DNA of 64,000 nt. It comes from Spirochaetota bacterium (GTDB lineage: Bacteria; Spirochaetota; UBA4802; JAFGDQ01). The notes beneath the pieces are model-generated. The model was not told where the DNA came from. It saw nothing but the letters and a program-made list of their open reading frames with translations, and made no database searches. The position numbers were made by a program, and so were the translations under genes. Below, one piece after another: positions 41,186 through 51,592 of this stretch; position 1 is the first letter of the stretch, and each line of letters begins with the position of its first letter. The stretch is from positions 32,001 to 96,000 of the forward strand of contig JAZDKB010000020.1 of NCBI GenBank assembly GCA_043803405.1, given 5' to 3'.

Positions 41186-42007
41186 TCAGCCGGTCTCTTT
41201 ATTCTTTGTCCACCACATGAGTGCCCAGAGGCATTTTCTCGAATAGGGCAGCCTCCAGTATCCGTTTATTCGGACAAGATTTCTGTTAAGATAAGCGCGT
41301 ACTTTATCTTCTTCCTTTGCCTTCATTTCTTTAAACATCCACCGCTGGCTTTGAAACGCATCTTCATGGCTGTCCCAGTGATTATTATGCCGTTCAGTAA
41401 TAAAAACAACATTTGCCGTGATACCCATTTCATACAGCATAAAGTAATAGTTGATGTAATCCTTTTTTATCTTGAATTTACGGCCTGCTGCCTTGTAAAG
41501 CTGCACATCAACCGGGCCCGAACCGACCGGCAATGTAATATAGACAGCCTTCCGGGCGCTCCTGTTCAGTTTTTCTATTAAATCTGTCGTATTATTGCCG
41601 ACAAGGGAACGTGACGCGATCGCGACATCATGCACCCCTATGCCCAGCATATTCCAGTCATCTTCCCATTGTCCCTTAATAGTTTTAATGTTTTCAATTC
41701 CTACGGCGCGCGAACGCTTTTCCACAATCTCAATCATACGCTCTGAAAAATCCACGGCAGTGATTGACTTCACCTTATTTGCCAGGGGAATCGCTATTGT
41801 CCCGCCGCCGCATGCCATATCAAGCACTGTCCAGCTTTTGCGCGGACGCAATATTTTGATGAACTCTTCGGGATATCCCGTGTTTGCTGCGTATTCAGAA
41901 AACTCCTGCGCCCTGCTGTTCCAGTAATCGCGTTTATTTATTATTTGCGGTTTTGCTTTGATTATCCTTTCGTGTGATGTTATTCGCTGTTTAATGGCGC
42001 TTTTCAT
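41186..42007 (-). CDS. Class I SAM-dependent methyltransferase
   Basis: YWNSRA, VLDMACGGG, AVDFS, DVAIASRS. Confidence 0.85.
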   Translation of the reverse strand: MKSAIKQRITSHERIIKAKPQIINKRDYWNSRAQEFSEYAANTGYPEEFIKILRPRKSWTVLDMACGGGTIAIPLANKVKSITAVDFSERMIEIVEKRSRAVGIENIKTIKGQWEDDWNMLGIGVHDVAIASRSLVGNNTTDLIEKLNRSARKAVYITLPVGSGPVDVQLYKAAGRKFKIKKDYINYYFMLYEMGITANVVFITERHNNHWDSHEDAFQSQRWMFKEMKAKEEDKVRAYLNRNLVRINGYWRLPYSRKCLWALMWWTKNKETG

Positions 42008-42028
42008 TATCTGTTCCTTTGCAGAGTG

Positions 42029-43099
42029 TCATTTCTCATCCTCATGAACATGCCTGTGATGAATGTCGGGCATGTGCGCATGGGCATGCGCCAGATTTTC
42101 GTGCCTGTGCAGATGTGAATGTTCTGTGTTATATTCGCTGCCGGAATGCCGGTGGTTATGATGCATATCGTCATGGCTGTGAATATGTTCGTGCTCCGTT
42201 TCATAGTGAGTATGCAGATGCGAATGTTTCTCTCCGAATAATATAAACGCGCCCAAAATTAAAAATGGAAGCGAAATTAGAAAAAACATACCCGGCTGTT
42301 CCCGGAAAACCGCAAAGGAAAGTGCTGCTCCAATAAAAGGGGCAAGCGCAAAATATGCGCCAGTCCGCGCTGCTCCCATGCTGCGCATGGCCTGCACAAA
42401 GAAAACAATGCTGATACCATAACAGCACAACCCGATAATCAGTGACAGTAAAACATCCGTCATAGCCGGCATGGCATATCCCATAACAAGGCTTAATATT
42501 AAAGTAAATGTGCCGGCTATAATGCTCTTATTCATGACTATTGTCACAGGGTCTTTTGACGATATATGCCTTGTGAGATTATTATCCAGCCCCCACAGCC
42601 CGCATGCAGCCAGAATGCCTGCTGCACCTAATGAAAAATTATAGCTTTCCTTCGTATTGACAGATAATAAAACACTGGCAGCAGTGATCAGAACTATGGC
42701 GATCCACACACGCCTGCCTGTGGATTCGCGGAAAACTGCTGCGGCAATTAACGCTGTTGCTGCTGCTTCAAAATTAAAAAGCAAAGACGCTGTTGAGGCA
42801 GGCACAATTCTTAAACAGGTCAGGAGCACAACCGGAGCAACAACCCCGCCCGAAACAGCAGCCCCGAAAAGCCAGGGAATGTCCCGCCCGGCAAGATCCG
42901 CTTCTTTTCCGGATACTCCGGTAATAGCGCGTTTAATCGCCACGAAAAAGAATAGCCCGGCTGCGCTTCCCAGATAAAGCAATGACGCCATCTGTACAGG
43001 CTGGACATTATCAAGAACGAGCTTAATAAGAGGAGCGCTCGCGCCGAACAGAACAGCCGCCAAAAGCACGCGGATTATTGCTGTCTTTTGCTGTTTCAT
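42029..43099 (-). CDS. EamA/DMT transporter with His-rich C-terminal tail
   Basis: About 10 TM segments, WGLDNNLTR, GAARTGAYF..APF. Tail HSHLHTH..HEHIHSHDDMHHNHRH..HAHAHMPDIHHRHVH. Confidence 0.85.
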   Translation of the reverse strand: MKQQKTAIIRVLLAAVLFGASAPLIKLVLDNVQPVQMASLLYLGSAAGLFFFVAIKRAITGVSGKEADLAGRDIPWLFGAAVSGGVVAPVVLLTCLRIVPASTASLLFNFEAAATALIAAAVFRESTGRRVWIAIVLITAASVLLSVNTKESYNFSLGAAGILAACGLWGLDNNLTRHISSKDPVTIVMNKSIIAGTFTLILSLVMGYAMPAMTDVLLSLIIGLCCYGISIVFFVQAMRSMGAARTGAYFALAPFIGAALSFAVFREQPGMFFLISLPFLILGAFILFGEKHSHLHTHYETEHEHIHSHDDMHHNHRHSGSEYNTEHSHLHRHENLAHAHAHMPDIHHRHVHEDEK

Positions 43100-43106
43100 A
43101 ATAATA

Positions 43107-44387
43107 TTAAATCAAAGGCTGATCCTGCCTCCAGTCAAGCGGCAGGACTTTTATCATATCTCCTGCTTTGACATCAGATCCTTCCGGAATAATGGTCAGG
43201 GAATTGGCAGCCGCTATGGAAGCGAGCATGCCCAGTTGATCCCCAAGATTGAGCTTTACCCTGTATGTGCCCTGCATCTTCTCTAAATGTGAATATTTTA
43301 CAAAAGCCATAGCCATTTTCTGGAGAGGCGAGTCCAAAGCAGTTGCTTCGACAACAGGATGAGCCACATCTTTTATGCCGCGCATTTTAAGAAGAGCAGG
43401 CCTTACAAGTGTTTCAAAATTTACGATGCATCCTGCGGGCGGGCCTGCCAGGGAAAAAACCGGTATTGCCGCATCGCCGTTCCCCGCGGCCGATTTGCTG
43501 ATCAATCCGAATGAAACCGGCGCGCCGGGGCCCATCTTAATTCTGGAAAAAATTACTTTTCCGAGCTTTGCAATTATAAGCCTAACCAGGTCATAATCTC
43601 CCTTGGATACTCCTCCGCTCGTGATTATGGCATCCGCCCTCATCCCCTTCCGAAATCTGCAAATCAGGTCAGATTCGTTATCGCGGGCAATTCCCAGAAT
43701 TTTAGGAATGCCTCCATAATGCGAAACAAGGGACGCAAGCGCCGCTGAATTGCCGTTATATGTTTTGCCTGTAGTAAGTAAATTTCCGGGATTAACCAGT
43801 TCGTCGCCTGTGGAAATTATTGCAACCACAGGACGGCTGATTACTTTAACAAATGTTATACCGACAGACGCAAGTGCGGATATCTGTGCCGGACCTATAA
43901 CTGTACCTTTCATCACAATAAGCGTATCTTTCATTACGCCGCTGCCTGCCAGCCTTATGTTTTCGCCGGGGTTAACTTTTGTATAAATTTTTACATGTGC
44001 AGGATTATTGTTATTGGGGCCGTTTTTATCGTCCGGCTCGTCAGTGTCCTCAAACCGGACAACACAGTCTGCTCCATACGGAATCACGGAACCTGTCATG
44101 ATGCGGATAGCGGTTCCAGGTTTCACGATGCAGCGGGTAGGGCGTCCGGCACGGGCAGTAGTAAGGATTTTTAAAATTACCGGATCGCGCATAGAAGCTT
44201 CTTTAATATCAGCCGCTTTTACCGCATAGCCGTCGGGACCTGAAATTGCCCACTGCGGCAGATCAAGGGGAGAATAAATGTCCTCTGCCAGTATTTGGCC
44301 TGCTGATTCAAGGAGAGGTTTTTCGACTTCTTTTAAAATTTTAATATTTTCCAGCATTATTTTTAATGCTTCTTCATAATTTAACAT
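43107..44387 (-). CDS. moeA: MoeA/gephyrin-like molybdopterin metal-insertase homologue (divergent)
   Basis: GQILAED, DGYAV, RIMTG..P.GADCVV.FED, ENIR..G, STGDEL, TSGGVSKGDYD. Confidence 0.85.
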   Translation of the reverse strand: MLNYEEALKIMLENIKILKEVEKPLLESAGQILAEDIYSPLDLPQWAISGPDGYAVKAADIKEASMRDPVILKILTTARAGRPTRCIVKPGTAIRIMTGSVIPYGADCVVRFEDTDEPDDKNGPNNNNPAHVKIYTKVNPGENIRLAGSGVMKDTLIVMKGTVIGPAQISALASVGITFVKVISRPVVAIISTGDELVNPGNLLTTGKTYNGNSAALASLVSHYGGIPKILGIARDNESDLICRFRKGMRADAIITSGGVSKGDYDLVRLIIAKLGKVIFSRIKMGPGAPVSFGLISKSAAGNGDAAIPVFSLAGPPAGCIVNFETLVRPALLKMRGIKDVAHPVVEATALDSPLQKMAMAFVKYSHLEKMQGTYRVKLNLGDQLGMLASIAAANSLTIIPEGSDVKAGDMIKVLPLDWRQDQPLI

Positions 44388-44466
44388 AGCTTTTCCTTTC
44401 TAGCTTGTTCAGATTATTTTAAACCTATATCTAAATTTAACCGTTTTATCCCCAATCTAATTTTTA

Positions 44467-44490
44467 CGTTATGTCAAACGAAACATATCG
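44467..44490 (-). promoter_or_regulatory. ModE-type box 6 (upstream of moeA unit)
   Basis: CGTTATGT-N8-ACATATCG. TGTCAA 8 bp away at 44499-44504. Confidence 0.85.
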
Positions 44491-44541
44491 AATATATCTG
44501 TCAAGGTTTTTTTTATAATATTTACAAAGCATTATACGCTT

Positions 44542-45897
44542 TTAAATAAAAAATAAATCATTCTCAGGATTATCTCTCTCGACTCTGTTCATCAAGGCAT
44601 TTAAAATCATTTCCAGAATGCGTATAGCTCCACGGTAACCGACAATCGGCAAATAGGAATGAATATGCCTGTCCATGACGGGAAATCCGATTCTGACAAA
44701 AGGCACATCCTCTGTTCGTGATAAAAATTTTCCATGGGTCTCACCCATAAGCAAATCCACATGATCATTTTTAATCCATTGTTGCAGATCAAATAGGTCA
44801 GCCGGACTTTTAGCCATACCATTTATATTGTATTTTGTAAAAACTTTCTGCATTCTCTCTTCAAAATAAACCCCCGGTGTTCCGCTGACCGCATATTTAG
44901 GAACTAATCCAATCCCAGCCAGAAATTCGGCAAGCGCGATTATCAGATCAGGGTCCCCGAATAGAGCTATTTTCTTACTATAAAAATATGACTGTGCATC
45001 CAAAATAATATCTATAACCTGTTCTCTTTCTTCTTCTAAATCAGGAGCAACATCCCGATGGCTTAACTTTGTCAATGCCATAATAAAACGGTCCGTTGCA
45101 TCAATACCGATTGGCAGGTCCATTAATTCTAAAGGCACTCCGCACTGATTTTGGAGTTGTACGGCAGCCTCCTCAGTTGCATATTTTCCAAAGGCAATTG
45201 TCTTCTTGCAATTTCCCAGATCGATAATATCTGAAACTTTGGTTCCACCGGATGGATATTCGTTAATCTTTTCGACTCCACGCTGGCCGAATATTCCGCA
45301 GGTATCCGGAAACAGGATATGATCTATGCCCATAAGGCAGGTGATTCGTTTAATTTCCTTCATATCGCCCGGGTTAACAAATCCCGGAAGAATACATATC
45401 TTATTATTAAGACACCTTTTTTTAGCTAAATATTTTATGGCGGCAACAAGCATATTGGAGAATCCGGTAATATGAGAACCTGTAAAACTGGGAGTATTTG
45501 CATGAATTATATATTTTCCTTCCGGCATCGGAAAATCATGCAGACAGGCTTTAATATCGTCCCCGATGATTTCACTTAGACAGGTCGTATGTACTGCAAT
45601 AATTTCCGGATCATACAGATTAATAATATTCCGGACTGCTGTCTGCAGGTTGGACTCTCCTCCAAATATGGATGCTGATTCCTTTAATACACTGGTTGTT
45701 ATTTTAAAGGATTGGCGGAAATGTCTTTGCAACAGTGTTCTCTGGAAACGGCTGCAGCCGGATGAGCCATGGCTATGGGGCATACAGCCGTGAATTCCCA
45801 GAGAAGCATATATCGCTCCCAAAGGCTGACATCCGGCTAACGGATTTATCCGCAGTGCCTCTCTGCCAACAGGTTCTTTCGGCGTCAAATCAAGCAT
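44542..45897 (-). CDS. nifK: Nitrogenase beta-subunit homologue (Group II NifK-like)
   Basis: MLDLTPKE...REALRINP..GCQPLGA, HGSSGC, TTCLSEIIGDD and TPSFTGSH keep all three P-cluster Cys plus the Ser. Also GDPD and RIGFPVMDR. Confidence 0.9.
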   Translation of the reverse strand: MLDLTPKEPVGREALRINPLAGCQPLGAIYASLGIHGCMPHSHGSSGCSRFQRTLLQRHFRQSFKITTSVLKESASIFGGESNLQTAVRNIINLYDPEIIAVHTTCLSEIIGDDIKACLHDFPMPEGKYIIHANTPSFTGSHITGFSNMLVAAIKYLAKKRCLNNKICILPGFVNPGDMKEIKRITCLMGIDHILFPDTCGIFGQRGVEKINEYPSGGTKVSDIIDLGNCKKTIAFGKYATEEAAVQLQNQCGVPLELMDLPIGIDATDRFIMALTKLSHRDVAPDLEEEREQVIDIILDAQSYFYSKKIALFGDPDLIIALAEFLAGIGLVPKYAVSGTPGVYFEERMQKVFTKYNINGMAKSPADLFDLQQWIKNDHVDLLMGETHGKFLSRTEDVPFVRIGFPVMDRHIHSYLPIVGYRGAIRILEMILNALMNRVERDNPENDLFFI

Positions 45898-45911
45898 TGC
45901 AAACTCTCCTG

Positions 45912-47447
45912 CTACTCATGAGATTTTATTTTCCATGGCGCCACATTGTTCTGCCAAACCGCCATCTGCATGTTCATTAATAAATCCCGTGCGAAAAGAA
46001 TTGCTCCATGAAATCCGCCATAATCAAAACGATATTGATCCGTTTTAAAAAAGCAGAAGAAAGAATTGGCTGCAACTCCCGTAAAAATTTTTTTGATTCC
46101 AGGGAAATAAATATCGGGCTTAATAATCTTTAGCAAATGTTCGGTTTCTTCATGACTGAGATTGGGAATCAGCATACTATTGTAATCTGTTCTTGAATAA
46201 ACGCCGTTATCGTAGTTAAACAATAGCTCAGGCATTATTTCTGTTTTTATTTCTTCAAATAACCGGGAAGGAAGTGTAATATGGTAATGCTCCAGATCGG
46301 TGTCGTATCGCAATGTTCCTTTTTCTTTTGCGGCGGAAACTCCTGGAACACTTTCTGCCGCAGACAGAAAGCTGATTTCGTTTTGTCCATTAGTACAAAA
46401 TAATTCATTGCCGATAATCACAGGATTAACTTCCAGATCGGTAAGCAGCGCCTGATAATGGCGGGAAACGAATTCATCCTCAAAAATTACCGCTGTTTTA
46501 TTTCTTAATTTATTTTTATAATTATTTAACTCATCCTGAATCTTTGCCAATTCTTCAGAAATTAATGCTTCCGTTCTATTCGCCAGTTCAGGTACATCGA
46601 AAAAATCAGCTATATTTTTTAAAGAATTAATTACATTATCCATACCTATAAAATTGAATTTAAGCCAATTTGTGCCGAACTTTTCATGCAGGACTTTAAC
46701 CATGTCAGCCACGGCCTTATCGCTGCTGAATAAATTTAAATGAGCCTTATGGGCATTTTTCAGATCATCGTAGCTGCCGTCTCCCATTAAGACCGCTACG
46801 ATATCATAACCTATCTTTTTAAATATCCTGGTGATTTCCTTGGCTCTCTGGCCGTTAAAAAACTCTCCTATAATATTTACCGGGTATTTACCCGTATTTT
46901 GTTGTCCGGTACCTATAACATTTTCAATGATACCCTGATTAGCCAGTCTATATCCGGGAATACTTCTGAAACCTTCACAGGAAAAAGAAAGCACTTTAAT
47001 TCCATATTCCATTTCTGCCTGTTGTGCGATGCTCTGTATGTCATCACCTATTAACCCAACAGGACATGTGGAACAAATCGCGATGACTTGCGGATGAAAA
47101 ATATTAACTGCTTCTTTTATAGCCTGCTTCAATTTTTTTTCTCCGCCAAAAATGACATCGCTTTCTTCCATGTTAGTTGAAAAGTCGTAGCTGAAATAAT
47201 CATCTTTTGCATTTTCAGGCATTTGCCGGATGCGATTGCCTCCCCATGAATAGTAAGAGCAGCCTACCGGTCCGTGGGTAATGATAAAAATACCGCTGAT
47301 TGGTGTCAAAACCAATCCTTTGCAGGCCATGTAGGAACAGCCGTGCTTGCATAATATGCCGGGGGTGTCCATTATCAGGCTGCTGATCTCTCTTTCTCCG
47401 GTAATGACTTTATGTTTCAAATCATCACATTCAGTAATCGACTTCAT
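45912..47447 (-). CDS. Nitrogenase alpha-subunit homologue (Group II NifD-derived) lacking FeMoco ligands
   Basis: P-cluster motifs GCSYMAC, HGPVGC and STCPVGLIGDD are present, as are the Group II-type insertion and a W....PWK end. LNLFSSDK stands at the Cys275 site and FFKTDQY at the His442 site. Confidence 0.85.
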   Translation of the reverse strand: MKSITECDDLKHKVITGEREISSLIMDTPGILCKHGCSYMACKGLVLTPISGIFIITHGPVGCSYYSWGGNRIRQMPENAKDDYFSYDFSTNMEESDVIFGGEKKLKQAIKEAVNIFHPQVIAICSTCPVGLIGDDIQSIAQQAEMEYGIKVLSFSCEGFRSIPGYRLANQGIIENVIGTGQQNTGKYPVNIIGEFFNGQRAKEITRIFKKIGYDIVAVLMGDGSYDDLKNAHKAHLNLFSSDKAVADMVKVLHEKFGTNWLKFNFIGMDNVINSLKNIADFFDVPELANRTEALISEELAKIQDELNNYKNKLRNKTAVIFEDEFVSRHYQALLTDLEVNPVIIGNELFCTNGQNEISFLSAAESVPGVSAAKEKGTLRYDTDLEHYHITLPSRLFEEIKTEIMPELLFNYDNGVYSRTDYNSMLIPNLSHEETEHLLKIIKPDIYFPGIKKIFTGVAANSFFCFFKTDQYRFDYGGFHGAILFARDLLMNMQMAVWQNNVAPWKIKSHE

Positions 47448-47451
47448 TTAT

Positions 47452-48309
<858 letters not shown>

Positions 48310-49095
48310 TCAATTACGTAAGGCTATACAGCTTTTTAAATCATAACCATCGTTGTCTGTTATCTTTGTTATTCTCACATTAATCCCATAAGTTTCTCTC
48401 ATTTTTATCTCTGTGATAATGTTATCTGCCATGCCGATTTCGAATCCATTTCTGTTCATTAAACCTATTTTGGGAGAACATAAAAAAGCGTGATTGGGAA
48501 AATGTGAGGTCATTATAATACCGATCCCTTCTTCCGACAGTTTTTTAATTTGCAGCAGAACCCTTACCTGATTGCCATAATCCAGATTGGAAGTGGGCTC
48601 ATCAAGAACAAGAATCCTCGGCTTTTGCGTAAGGGCGCGGGCTATGAGAACCATTTGTCTCTCACCGCCGCTTATTTCGGTATAAATCCGGTCTCTCAAA
48701 AATGAAACTCCCAGCTTATCAAGCGATTCTTCGGCAAGCTCAACGTCGTGCCGGGAAGGAGACGAGAAAAGCCCAAGGTGCGCGATCCTCCCCATTAGAA
48801 CAACATCCAGAACAGTATAAGGGAAAGGCGGAGTATGCGCCTGCGGCACATAACCGAGCGCTCTGGCTAAGAGAGGTTTGGACCATTTTTTAATATTTTG
48901 TCCGTCAATGGAAATCTCTCCGCCTATTAATGCAATAAAACCAAGAACGGATTTAAACAACGTTGTTTTCCCTATCCCATTCGGACCAAGCAGGCAAAGG
49001 AACTCACCTGCTTCGATTTTAAAGGAAATATTCCGGAGAATTATCCTTTTTGCATACCCCAGAAACGCATCTTTTACTTCCAGTATCATGTCCAT
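48310..49095 (-). CDS. ABC ATPase (FecE/BtuD-like)
   Basis: GPNGIGKT, ISGGERQ, LDEPTSNLD, TSH. Confidence 0.9.
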   Translation of the reverse strand: MDMILEVKDAFLGYAKRIILRNISFKIEAGEFLCLLGPNGIGKTTLFKSVLGFIALIGGEISIDGQNIKKWSKPLLARALGYVPQAHTPPFPYTVLDVVLMGRIAHLGLFSSPSRHDVELAEESLDKLGVSFLRDRIYTEISGGERQMVLIARALTQKPRILVLDEPTSNLDYGNQVRVLLQIKKLSEEGIGIIMTSHFPNHAFLCSPKIGLMNRNGFEIGMADNIITEIKMRETYGINVRITKITDNDGYDLKSCIALRN

Positions 49096-50243
49096 GAGTT
49101 CCTTTTTTTATATAATAAATAAATGAAGAAAGGCGCACCGATAATTGCGGTCAAAATACTAAGCGGTATCTCCAGCGAAAAAATTGTCCGCGATAAATCA
49201 TCGATCAGAAGTAAATATGATCCGCCCAGCATAATTGACGCTGGCAGCATAAACCTGAAATCCGGCCCGACCAGTATCCGGGCAAGGTGAGGGATTATAA
49301 GTCCTACCCAGCCGATCATACCACCGGCCGCTACAGATGATGCTGTCAGCAGTGTAGCGCAGATAATGTAAATAAAACGTATCTTTTGGGTATTTATTCC
49401 TAAAGACTGTGCTTCCTCCTCGCCGAAAGACAGGGCATTTAGCCTGTACCTTAAAAAAAACATGGGGATAATACCGATTACACTCGGAATAAGAATTAAT
49501 GGAATATTTTTTGATTTTATTGAAGAAAGACCGCCCATCAGCCAGAATGTTATTTCAGGCAATTTGTTATTGGGATCGGCAGTAAATTTAATCAGGGAAA
49601 TAAATGCCGCAAACAGGCTGGTCACAACCATACCTGTTAACACTACAACCAGAACGGCATTATTTCTCCTGCCAATAAGACTGCTGATCAGGTAAGTCAT
49701 CATAACAGCAATAATTCCGAACACAAATGCTACCAGCTGGATACTAAGCGAATCGAGCGAATAGAGAATTGCCAGGGCAGCGCCAAAGCCTGCGCCCGCA
49801 GAAGCTCCTAAAATATCCGGCGAGACCATGGGATTACGGAAGAGTCCCTGAAAAGCGGCTCCTGATGCCGAAAGAACGGAACCTATAATAAGCGCGACAA
49901 TTATTCTCGGTATGCGTATATTGAATAATACGGTTTCCATCGTATCCGGAAATACTGCCGGAAGTCCGTATAACTTACCGAAAAAAATTGTTAAAAGCTG
50001 CTTCAAGGGAACTGCATAACGGCCTACTGTAAAGGACCAGAGAAATATAACTATGAGCAGAACGAACAAAATTACAAGCACAGGTCCGCTCTTTCTAGTC
50101 CTTATCTTAGGGATTGCATTTACTGCCACAGTATCGCTTTGCATTAATCTGTCTTTCGCAGTATTGGAAAACTGCATTAATAGGTCTCCATTCAGCTTTT
50201 TCAATTTATCAATCCAATAGCTTTTTTCAAATCTTACCCCCAT
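49086..50243 (-). CDS. FecCD/BtuC-family ABC permease (start uncertain)
   Basis: RIPRI, GAAFQGLFRNPMVSPDILG, GEEEAQSLG, IGWVGLIIPH, EIPLSILTAIIGAPFF. Confidence 0.9.
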   Translation of the reverse strand: MGVRFEKSYWIDKLKKLNGDLLMQFSNTAKDRLMQSDTVAVNAIPKIRTRKSGPVLVILFVLLIVIFLWSFTVGRYAVPLKQLLTIFFGKLYGLPAVFPDTMETVLFNIRIPRIIVALIIGSVLSASGAAFQGLFRNPMVSPDILGASAGAGFGAALAILYSLDSLSIQLVAFVFGIIAVMMTYLISSLIGRRNNAVLVVVLTGMVVTSLFAAFISLIKFTADPNNKLPEITFWLMGGLSSIKSKNIPLILIPSVIGIIPMFFLRYRLNALSFGEEEAQSLGINTQKIRFIYIICATLLTASSVAAGGMIGWVGLIIPHLARILVGPDFRFMLPASIMLGGSYLLLIDDLSRTIFSLEIPLSILTAIIGAPFFIYLLYKKRNSWT

Positions 50244-50333
50244 TTATCGTGGCAATTGAGTTAAACAGAATAAACAAAATACTAACCGCTGATAACAATG
50301 ATAACAAACCGACGTGCTTGCGCTTAAGCCACT

Positions 50334-51467
50334 CTAATGAGTAACTGAATACCTAAGCAGTTCGGCAACCTGCTTGTCTGTCAGTTTTTGATTCAGAAAG
50401 AGAGAAAAGAAATTTTTTATTTCCTGATTCAGGTCAATTTTTACATAATCCGGATAAACCACTTTAGCCAGCCATTGAATTCCCAGAACCCTCATAATGT
50501 TAGGCGGACGATCGAACCATCCGAAAGGAATTGTTGGAGTAATGTATACTTTCCCTTTTTTTATAGCATTAATCTTACCCCAGGATGGATCTTTCAATAT
50601 GCTGTCATAATTTTGCGTTCCTCCTGTCGATGAGCTGACCAGAATTACATCGGGATTCCATAAAAGTACCTGTTCCAAGGAAACAGGCGTCATGCCCTGT
50701 CCGCTCTTATTCATCACATTAGCTACATTTTTGCCTCTGACGAATCTTAATACATCGACATGATGATTGGCCTCCGGTTCGGTAGCAAGCCCGGATGTTC
50801 CCTCCGCATAATACACATTAACTAATTTTTCCTCCGGAATTTTTTCAACCATCGAAGAAATTGCCGACATTTTCTGTTCAGAATATAATGCCAGTTTTTC
50901 AGCCCTTTCTTTGACTCCTAAAATATCCCCCATAATTCTGTAAGCCTGCGGAGTAGATGTAAAAGTGGAATCTAAAATTACAACAGGCTTTTTGGTTTGA
51001 GCTGTTATTCCGTCGGAAGTCTCTATTGTTTTAATTTTATTTTCAGGATCAAGGTCCGTCATAAAAATAATAACGTCCAGAGGCTGTTTGGCTATTTCCT
51101 CAAGATTGGCAGTGCACTTCTCACCCATCCATCCGCCGAGAACCGGAAGTTTTTTAAGACGGTCATTCAAGTATTTTGAATGGGAGGTGGCGCCAACCCT
51201 AGCTGCCATTTTTTCCGGTGCCAGAGAATAAAGCATCGCCTCAGCAGTTGGCACGGCGCAATAAACAGCATTAACCTGTGCCGGGATTTTTACCTTTCTG
51301 CCTGCCATGTCCGTTATTATCCTGGTAGCTGAGGATGCGGTTATCGTATCCTGGCCAGTACTGTCCGTCTTATTGCTGCAATTATACTGCAGCAATATCG
51401 TTAACCAGAAGCAAACTATAATAGCTGCTCCTTTGGTGACATATTTTCTCATGCTAATTTTTTTCAT
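50334..51467 (-). CDS. Metal-chelate ABC substrate-binding lipoprotein
   Basis: Signal ending LQYNC, ITDMAGRKVKIP, VSLEQVLLWNPDVI, PFGWFDRPP. Confidence 0.88.
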   Translation of the reverse strand: MKKISMRKYVTKGAAIIVCFWLTILLQYNCSNKTDSTGQDTITASSATRIITDMAGRKVKIPAQVNAVYCAVPTAEAMLYSLAPEKMAARVGATSHSKYLNDRLKKLPVLGGWMGEKCTANLEEIAKQPLDVIIFMTDLDPENKIKTIETSDGITAQTKKPVVILDSTFTSTPQAYRIMGDILGVKERAEKLALYSEQKMSAISSMVEKIPEEKLVNVYYAEGTSGLATEPEANHHVDVLRFVRGKNVANVMNKSGQGMTPVSLEQVLLWNPDVILVSSSTGGTQNYDSILKDPSWGKINAIKKGKVYITPTIPFGWFDRPPNIMRVLGIQWLAKVVYPDYVKIDLNQEIKNFFSLFLNQKLTDKQVAELLRYSVTH

Positions 51468-51542
51468 TTTCCATTCCTCTATGCTTTTTCACAACTGACT
51501 GCCGTTTTTAAAACTGATAGCATTAATTCCTTTGAGCATGTG

Positions 51543-51579
51543 TACAAAGAGCAATGCCGGCCCGGCATCACTCTTTGTA
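51543..51579. terminator. Intercistronic hairpin after TBDR2
   Basis: TACAAAGAG..ATGCCGG / CCGGCAT..CTCTTTGTA imperfect stem with no U-tract, so probably a stabiliser or partial terminator. Confidence 0.55.
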
Positions 51580-51592
51580 TTTAAATCTGCGT

